In this document: positions 58,141-64,000 of the stretch, piece by piece
Numbering within the stretch: position 1 is the stretch's first letter
Layout of the letters: every line of letters begins with the position of its first letter
Assembly (NCBI GenBank): GCA_051859245.1
Contig: JBHYGA010000001.1
Span: 1,309,722 to 1,373,721 of the forward strand
Direction of reading: 5' to 3'
Length of the DNA stretch: 64,000 nucleotides
DNA from: Gemmatimonadaceae bacterium
GTDB lineage: Bacteria > Gemmatimonadota > Gemmatimonadetes > Gemmatimonadales > Gemmatimonadaceae
Translations under genes and position numbers: made by a program
Notes under the pieces: model-generated
Database searches by the model: none
Told to the model about the DNA's origin: nothing
Seen by the model: only the letters and a program-made list of their open reading frames with translations

Positions 58141-60033
58141 TCAGTTGTTTCCCGTAATCGTGGCCGCGCGTGACACGCCGTCACCTGCGCGGAAGAACCC
58201 GGGCAGTGAGACAGGCAGCCTGCCGGCAATCGGAGCGTGCCCCGTAACGGCGCGCGCCGCCGCAATCTCCAGTGCGTCACCGCGACCGTACGTCATGAGA
58301 TAAGCCGGTGCCGATGGAAACTGCTTGATGACATACGGGTTGCCGCCGGCGACCACAATCGCGGGGGTGGTCGTGCTCAACGTTTCGATCAGGGCGGCTA
58401 CGCGCGGTGCAATGGCAAACCGACCTGCGCCCTCCAGTGTGCGCGTATACGTGTAGACAACCACGCGTTCCATTGTGCGCGCCATCGCCGCGATTGAATC
58501 GAGTTCAGCCGCGCCGGTGCGTGGTGTCACGCGCATGGTGCGCGTGCCGGGAACAAGGCGTGTGAGCGTGGAGCCAAACATCGTGCCCGCGCCTACGTCG
58601 TTGTCGGGAGCGTACACCACGAGCAAGGTGCGTGCGGATCGTGGCAGCGGTAGCAGGTTGCGATCATCGCGCAGCAGCGTAATACCGCGCGCCGCGATTT
58701 CGCGTGCTGCTTCGGCGTGCTCGGGATGGCCGACCACTTCGCGCAGCGCATCGAGCGATACCACCGGTCGTGCAACGGCGCCGGTGCGCAGCTTGAGTTC
58801 GAGAATGCGGCGCACACTCGCGTCGATCTGTTCACGATTCAGAGCGCCAGATTCCACGGCGCGTACCACCGCGTTGATCGCTTCTTCGGCGTTGCCAGGC
58901 ATGAGCAGAATGTCGTCGCCCGCGCGCACGGCGCGCACCGCACTTTCGGCCACGCCGTAGCCGCGCGCGATGCCGTCCATGGTGAGTGCGTCGGTCACGG
59001 TTACTCCACGAAAGCCAAGGGTGTCGCGCAGCAGACCCGTCATCACATCACGACGCAGCGTGGCCGGCACCGAATCGCCGTAGACAGCGGGCAGCGCAAT
59101 GTGCGCGGTCATGACACTGGCCGCACCCGCCGCAATGCCGGCGCGGAACGGCACCAGTTCGATCGCGTCGAGCCGTGTGCGCGGCACAGAAATCACCGGC
59201 AGTCCGAGATGTGAATCCACATCCGTGTCGCCGTGTCCCGGAAAATGCTTGAGCGTTGCCGCAGCGCCACCGGATTGCACACCGCGCACGAACGCGGCGG
59301 AAAGTCGTGCGACCGCCGACGGGTTTTCACCAAACGAACGCGTGTTGATGACCGGATTGGACGGATTGTTGTTCACATCAACCGTTGGCGCAAACGCCAG
59401 ATGAATACCGATCGCGCGCGCTTCACGCCCGGTAATTCGGCCTGCCATCTCCGCATCAGCTTCGCGGCCACCGGCGCCGATCGCCATGTTGCTCGGTAGC
59501 ACCGTAGCAGAACCCGCACTCATGAGCGATGGCGCAAACACACCACCTTCAAGCCGACCAAGCCCCGGCTCCACATCCGATGCCACCAGCAAAGGGACCC
59601 GCGCGCGTCCTTGCAGGTAATTCACTTTGGACGCGACTTCGATTGGCGAACCGAGCGACATCACCACACCACCCACGCCGAGTTCTGTGACTTGGTTGGT
59701 GATACTGGCAAACCCAGTGTCGTAGGCGCCGGCGTAATCTCCCAGCACCCAGATCATGACCATTTGTGCAACACGTTCGCGAAGTGTGAGCGACGCGAGG
59801 GTAGATTCAATCCAGGCGCGATGTTGCGCCGGCAAGGGGTCGCCGGGGGCAAGCGTGAGCGGCCCGGGTAGCGTGCTGGGAATCGGCTGCGCGGCGCCGG
59901 GTAGGCCCGTGGCACGCGGAGCGCAGGACGCCAGGGCCAGCAAGAGCAGTGGCAGTGCGTGTCGGCGGCGAATGCCGCGGACTAAGCGAAGAACACCGAA
60001 CGGCGAAGCGAGGACAGCGTGCGTCTGACGCAT
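58141..60033 (-). CDS. nagZ: GH3 beta-N-acetylglucosaminidase (two-domain NagZ) lipoprotein
   Basis: KHFPGHGDTDVDSH NagZ signature, RSFGE, VTDALTM, LASC lipobox. Start uncertain. Confidence 0.88.
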   Translation of the reverse strand: MRQTHAVLASPFGVLRLVRGIRRRHALPLLLLALASCAPRATGLPGAAQPIPSTLPGPLTLAPGDPLPAQHRAWIESTLASLTLRERVAQMVMIWVLGDYAGAYDTGFASITNQVTELGVGGVVMSLGSPIEVASKVNYLQGRARVPLLVASDVEPGLGRLEGGVFAPSLMSAGSATVLPSNMAIGAGGREADAEMAGRITGREARAIGIHLAFAPTVDVNNNPSNPVINTRSFGENPSAVARLSAAFVRGVQSGGAAATLKHFPGHGDTDVDSHLGLPVISVPRTRLDAIELVPFRAGIAAGAASVMTAHIALPAVYGDSVPATLRRDVMTGLLRDTLGFRGVTVTDALTMDGIARGYGVAESAVRAVRAGDDILLMPGNAEEAINAVVRAVESGALNREQIDASVRRILELKLRTGAVARPVVSLDALREVVGHPEHAEAAREIAARGITLLRDDRNLLPLPRSARTLLVVYAPDNDVGAGTMFGSTLTRLVPGTRTMRVTPRTGAAELDSIAAMARTMERVVVYTYTRTLEGAGRFAIAPRVAALIETLSTTTPAIVVAGGNPYVIKQFPSAPAYLMTYGRGDALEIAAARAVTGHAPIAGRLPVSLPGFFRAGDGVSRAATITGNN

Positions 60034-60054
60034 TGGCGGGGACAGAGAAAGGCC

Positions 60055-61422
60055 ATGGCGGAGCAACACCCTGAGCGGCGCGCACCCGGTACGGGGGATA
60101 ATACCCTGCGCCTGCGTCATCTGCTCCTGCTCGGTACGGTTGCGTTGAGCGCGATCGCGTGCGCATCAGGTCCGAGGCCTGGACCCAATGATGATCCCAA
60201 TGATCCCCGCTTTGCGCGCGCCGAAAAAGTGCGTCCGGGCATTTCGGTGTTGCTGTCGGACAGCATTCACCTGATCAAGGACAAACGCGTCGGCTTGATC
60301 ACCAACCAGACGGGCATCGACGAAAAAGGGCGCAGCACCGTTGACTTGCTGTTCTCAGACGAGCGCGCGACCAAAGCGAACGTGAAGCTGGTGGCGCTCT
60401 TTTCGCCTGAGCACGGCATTCGCGGCACGGAAGACCGCTCGAACCTTCCGAATGAGCTCGACCCCAAAACCGGGTTGATGATCTATTCGCTCTATCAGCG
60501 TTCCACGATGGGCCCGCCAGACAGCACGCTCCGTAATGTGGACGCGCTGGTTGTTGATCTGCAGGATATCGGCACGCGCACGTGGACGTACGTCGGCGTG
60601 GTGTTGTACGCCATGCAGGCGGCCGAACGCCGCGGTATCCCGGTGCTTGTGCTCGATCGTCCCAATCCACTCACCGGACTGGGGGCCGAAGGCGCGTTGC
60701 TTGATTCTGCCCTCGCCGACGCGCGCGAGAGCACGCTGGAGACTCCGAAAAACGGTTTCGCGCTCTGGCCCGTCCCGCTTCGTCACGGCCTGACGATGGG
60801 CGAACTGGCGCTCATGTTCCACCGTGAGCTCAAGATGACCGGGCGATTGCACGTGGTGCCGATGGCCGGATGGCGCCGTAACATGTGGTTCGACCAAACA
60901 GACCTGCCGTGGGTGAAGCCGTCACCGAACCTGCCCAATCTGACGGCCTCGCTGGTGTATCCGGCGCTTGTGCCGTTCGAGGCGACCAACGTGTCTGTGG
61001 GGCGCGGTACGGACGAGCCGTTTCAGCGAGTCGGCGCGCCGTGGTTCAAGTCAGACAGTGTCAAGAAGCTGCTCGACGCGCTCGAGCTGGCGGGCGTGAA
61101 GTTCGACACCGAGCGATTCACGCCGCGTAGCCCCGGCGACCGAAAGTATGATGGACAGTCGATTCCGGGGGTCCGCATCAGCGTGACCGATCGGGATCGC
61201 GTGCAGGTCTCGCGGCTTGGCGCCGCGGTGCTCTGGGCTATCGCCAAGGCGCACGGGCCTGACTTCACGTACACCGAACGTCGCATCGACGAACGACTTG
61301 GCTCGACGGCCGTGCGCGCCGCGCTCGTGTCCGGTGATGACCCGGACCGGGTAATCGACCGATTGCTGCAGTCGGTGGTGGAGTGGGAGCAGTCGGTGCG
61401 TCGCTATCATCTGTATCGGTAG
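60055..61422 (+). CDS. namZ: DUF1343 exo-beta-N-acetylmuramidase (NamZ/YbbC) lipoprotein
   Basis: GLITNQTG, LFSPEHG, DLQDIGTR, VLDRPNP, RHGLTMGELA, PSPN, SVGRGT; IAC lipobox. Start uncertain. Confidence 0.88.
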   Translation: MAEQHPERRAPGTGDNTLRLRHLLLLGTVALSAIACASGPRPGPNDDPNDPRFARAEKVRPGISVLLSDSIHLIKDKRVGLITNQTGIDEKGRSTVDLLFSDERATKANVKLVALFSPEHGIRGTEDRSNLPNELDPKTGLMIYSLYQRSTMGPPDSTLRNVDALVVDLQDIGTRTWTYVGVVLYAMQAAERRGIPVLVLDRPNPLTGLGAEGALLDSALADARESTLETPKNGFALWPVPLRHGLTMGELALMFHRELKMTGRLHVVPMAGWRRNMWFDQTDLPWVKPSPNLPNLTASLVYPALVPFEATNVSVGRGTDEPFQRVGAPWFKSDSVKKLLDALELAGVKFDTERFTPRSPGDRKYDGQSIPGVRISVTDRDRVQVSRLGAAVLWAIAKAHGPDFTYTERRIDERLGSTAVRAALVSGDDPDRVIDRLLQSVVEWEQSVRRYHLYR

Positions 61423-61574
61423 CTCTCTACCGTTGACGCGACCGGGCTCCTAGCTTTGTCACGATCGTGTTGCGGTAGGCGACTGCGTTTAATGTCCGCC
61501 AACGGCACGATGTGTGTGCGCTCTCCAGAACGGAGGGCGCACCGCGCTGCTGTCTCACTTCGCGCCCGATCGGC

Positions 61575-62321
61575 ATGAACGCACTCTGGGACTGGATTCA
61601 ACGCGGATACCTCCGGGTCATCGGACCCGTTGGGGACTTCCTCGTGCGTCATCGCGTCAAGCCGAACACGATTACGACGATCGGTACGATTTGCACGCTG
61701 GTCGCCGGCGTCATTTTTGCGACCGGTCATATTCGTACCGCGGGGTGGTTTCTTGGGCTCACGGCGCTCTTTGATGTGCTCGACGGCACCGTCGCGCGTC
61801 GCACCGGCACCAGTTCGGTGTTCGGCGCCTTTTACGATTCCACGCTGGACCGGGTGAGCGACGGCGCGCTGATGGGCGGGCTGGTCGTGTTCTACGCGAT
61901 CAATCCCGTGCATCAGAGCACACCGATGCTGGTGATCACGCTGCTCGGGCTGATCGCGGCCTTTCTCACCTCGTACGCCCGCGCTCGCGCCGAAGGACTT
62001 GGCGTGGACGCCAAAGTAGGATTGCTGCAGCGACCGGAACGCATCACGCTGCTCTCAGCGCCCCAGGCGTTTTTCGGATTGGCACTCGACGGCTGGGTGC
62101 TTGCTGGCATCGTGACGCTGCTCAGCGTTACGGCGTGGGTGACCGTCGTGCAGCGCATGCTGTTCGTATATCACCACACCGACGGCCGCGCACCGTCTTC
62201 TGATGTCCCGCCGTCGTCACCGCCGCCGCCTGTGCGCGCGGCCAACGTGTCGTCGCCGGTTTCCTCCACGATTTCCCCGGCGCTGACTACAGTGCCCGGA
62301 GCATCCCTCAAGGGAGAATGA
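61575..62321 (+). CDS. CDP-alcohol phosphatidyltransferase (phosphatidylinositol-phosphate synthase-like)
   Basis: PNTIT, DVLDGTVARR...GAFYDSTLDR, SYARARAE, GLLQRPER; coupled to ino1. Confidence 0.88.
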   Translation: MNALWDWIQRGYLRVIGPVGDFLVRHRVKPNTITTIGTICTLVAGVIFATGHIRTAGWFLGLTALFDVLDGTVARRTGTSSVFGAFYDSTLDRVSDGALMGGLVVFYAINPVHQSTPMLVITLLGLIAAFLTSYARARAEGLGVDAKVGLLQRPERITLLSAPQAFFGLALDGWVLAGIVTLLSVTAWVTVVQRMLFVYHHTDGRAPSSDVPPSSPPPPVRAANVSSPVSSTISPALTTVPGASLKGE

Positions 62322-63655
62322 CCTTAGTGTCCGACACCACCATTCGTACTCCTGCGTCCATCGCCCCGGCCACGGGCAAGCTCGTGATTTTCACGCCTGG
62401 CCTTGGCGCGGTCGCCACCACGTTCATTGCCGGTGTCGAGCGCGTGCGCCGCGGCCTGTCCGCGCCGATCGGTTCGCTCACGCAGATGGCAACGATTCGG
62501 CTCGGTAAGCGCACCGAAGCGCGCAGCCCGCTGATTCGTGATTTTGTGCCGCTCGCCTCGCTGCAGGACATTGTCTTTGCCGCATGGGATCCGATTCCGG
62601 ATGACGCGTACACCGCCGCCACCAAGGCCGGCGTGTTGCAGCCGTCCGATATCGAACCGATCGCCGACTTCCTCAAGGGCATTTCGCCCATGCCGGCTGT
62701 GTTCGAGTCGCGGTATGTCACGCGCTTGCATGGCACCAACGTGAAGACGGGTCCGAACAAGCGCGATCTCGCCGAACAGCTGCGCAAAGACATTCGCGAC
62801 GTGAAGGCCAAGCACGGCGCCGATCGCGCGGTCATGGTGTGGTGCGGCTCCACGGAAACGTTCATCAAGGCCGGACCGCAGCACGAAACGATTGAAGCGT
62901 TCGAGAAGGCCATGGAAGAGAATGACGATTCCATCGCGCCGTCCATGTTGTACGCGTATGCGGCCATCATGGAAAACGTGCCGTATTGCAACGGCGCGCC
63001 GAATCTCTCGGCCGATTTCCCGGCGTTGCTCGATCTCGCGAACAAGCGTGGCGTGCCCGTGTCGGGCAAGGATTTCAAGACGGGCCAGACATGGATGAAG
63101 ACCGTGCTCGCGCCGGGTATCAAGGCGCGCATGCTCGGCCTGGAAGGCTGGTACTCCACGAACATTCTTGGCAATCGCGACGGCGAAGTGCTCGATGACC
63201 CGGCGTCGTTCAAGACCAAGGAAGAGTCGAAGCTGTCGGTGCTGCACAACATTCTGCAGCCGGAACTGTATCCCGAGCTGTACGAAGGGTTCTCGCACGT
63301 CGTGCGCATCAACTACTACCCGCCGCGCGGCGACAACAAGGAAGGCTGGGACAACATCGACATCGTGGGTTGGCTCGGCTACCCGATGCAGATCAAGGTC
63401 AACTTCCTCTGCCGCGATTCCATTCTTGCGGCGCCGATCGTGCTCGACCTCGCGCTGTTCAGTGACTTCGCGCATCGCGCAGGCATGAAGGGCATTCAGG
63501 AGTGGCTGTCGTTCTACTACAAGAGCCCGCAGACCGCGCCAGGACTGCAGGCGGAACACGATCTCTTCATTCAGCAGACCAAGCTCAAGAACACGCTGCG
63601 TCATCTGATGGGTGAGGACGTGATTACGCACCTCGGACTGGAGTACTATCAGTGA
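62318..63655 (+). CDS. ino1: myo-Inositol-1(3)-phosphate synthase
   Basis: GLGAVATT, WCGSTE, NGAPN, GKDFKTGQT, NILGNRDG, GDNKEGWD, RDSILAAP, SFYYKSP. Confidence 0.94.
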   Translation: MTLVSDTTIRTPASIAPATGKLVIFTPGLGAVATTFIAGVERVRRGLSAPIGSLTQMATIRLGKRTEARSPLIRDFVPLASLQDIVFAAWDPIPDDAYTAATKAGVLQPSDIEPIADFLKGISPMPAVFESRYVTRLHGTNVKTGPNKRDLAEQLRKDIRDVKAKHGADRAVMVWCGSTETFIKAGPQHETIEAFEKAMEENDDSIAPSMLYAYAAIMENVPYCNGAPNLSADFPALLDLANKRGVPVSGKDFKTGQTWMKTVLAPGIKARMLGLEGWYSTNILGNRDGEVLDDPASFKTKEESKLSVLHNILQPELYPELYEGFSHVVRINYYPPRGDNKEGWDNIDIVGWLGYPMQIKVNFLCRDSILAAPIVLDLALFSDFAHRAGMKGIQEWLSFYYKSPQTAPGLQAEHDLFIQQTKLKNTLRHLMGEDVITHLGLEYYQ

Positions 63656-64000
63656 TCACACGGTCGGGTCGACGCGCGCGCGTGCTGCTCTCCGTTGCCC
63701 TGCTGGCCGCTGTTGCGGCCAGCTGTGGCGGCGGACGGAAGGGCAACGAGTTCCGCATGACAACGGAGTCGTATTCCATTCGTGTAATGGTTGACCCGGC
63801 CCCCCCGAAGGCGCTTGAACAGATCACCTGGACGGTCGTGGTGAACGACAAGGAAACCGGTCGTCCGGTGGATATGGGCGAAGGACGCATCTTCGCCAGC
63901 AGCCGCGATGGCAAGAATATCGCGAACGGTTTTGCGCCCACCGATCAGGTGGGCACGTACACCACCAAGTTGTTTTACGTGACGGCAGGTCCGTGGGCGA
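63652..64000 (+). CDS. Lipoprotein, possibly YtkA/FixH-like; 3'-truncated and absent from the ORF track
   Basis: GTGA overlap with the ino1 stop. Reads MITRSGRRARVLLSVALLAAVAASCGG...DPAPPKA...GTYTTKLFYVTAGPW, open to the window end. Confidence 0.7.
   Translation, partial: MITRSGRRARVLLSVALLAAVAASCGGGRKGNEFRMTTESYSIRVMVDPAPPKALEQITWTVVVNDKETGRPVDMGEGRIFASSRDGKNIANGFAPTDQVGTYTTKLFYVTAGPWA

Noticed and set aside
62308..63631. Long antisense ORFs (435 and 334 aa) opposite ino1, and similar ones opposite actB, actE/actF, the S9 peptidase and the NtrC-type gene
   Set aside because: Shadow frames typical of high-GC codon bias; no recognisable motifs, and each fully overlaps a well-supported gene.

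Overview
A GC-rich, densely coding bacterial chromosome segment. Gene content and protein style suggest Gemmatimonadota, but that is an inference. I see no rRNA, CRISPR array, integrase or transposase. From left to right it holds: the 3' part of a TamB-family gene; a PEP-CTERM protein with a sigma54 -24/-12 promoter; an AarF kinase and an SDR; an Ig-like lipoprotein; deoC plus an ALDH16-type aldehyde dehydrogenase; two peptidases; speA, sodA and dedA. Next comes an uncharacterised carbohydrate-type locus (GH38, Opp/Dpp-type ABC parts, heparinase II/III-like protein, TrmJ, class III aminotransferase, two amidohydrolases). After it are an alternative complex III operon (actABCDEF), tRNA-Ala(TGC), a frameshifted REC-GGDEF-EAL gene, a peroxiredoxin, Hsp20, two tandem two-component systems, tonB-exbB-exbD-exbD-tonB-like, a peptidoglycan-salvage cluster (NamZ, NagZ, AmiE-like, SSS symporter, BadF-type kinase) and a pgsA-like/ino1 pair. 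The best leads are: (1) a PTS-independent, lipoprotein-based peptidoglycan scavenging module; (2) the orphan glycan/amino-sugar locus; (3) an ActB that keeps the FS0 cysteines; (4) a catalytically degenerate NtrC-type regulator; (5) a +1 frameshift in the EAL DDFG motif; (6) recurrent TANNNT-N6-ATG leaderless starts, including a coupled uORF. All calls come from reading motifs by eye; no searches were run.
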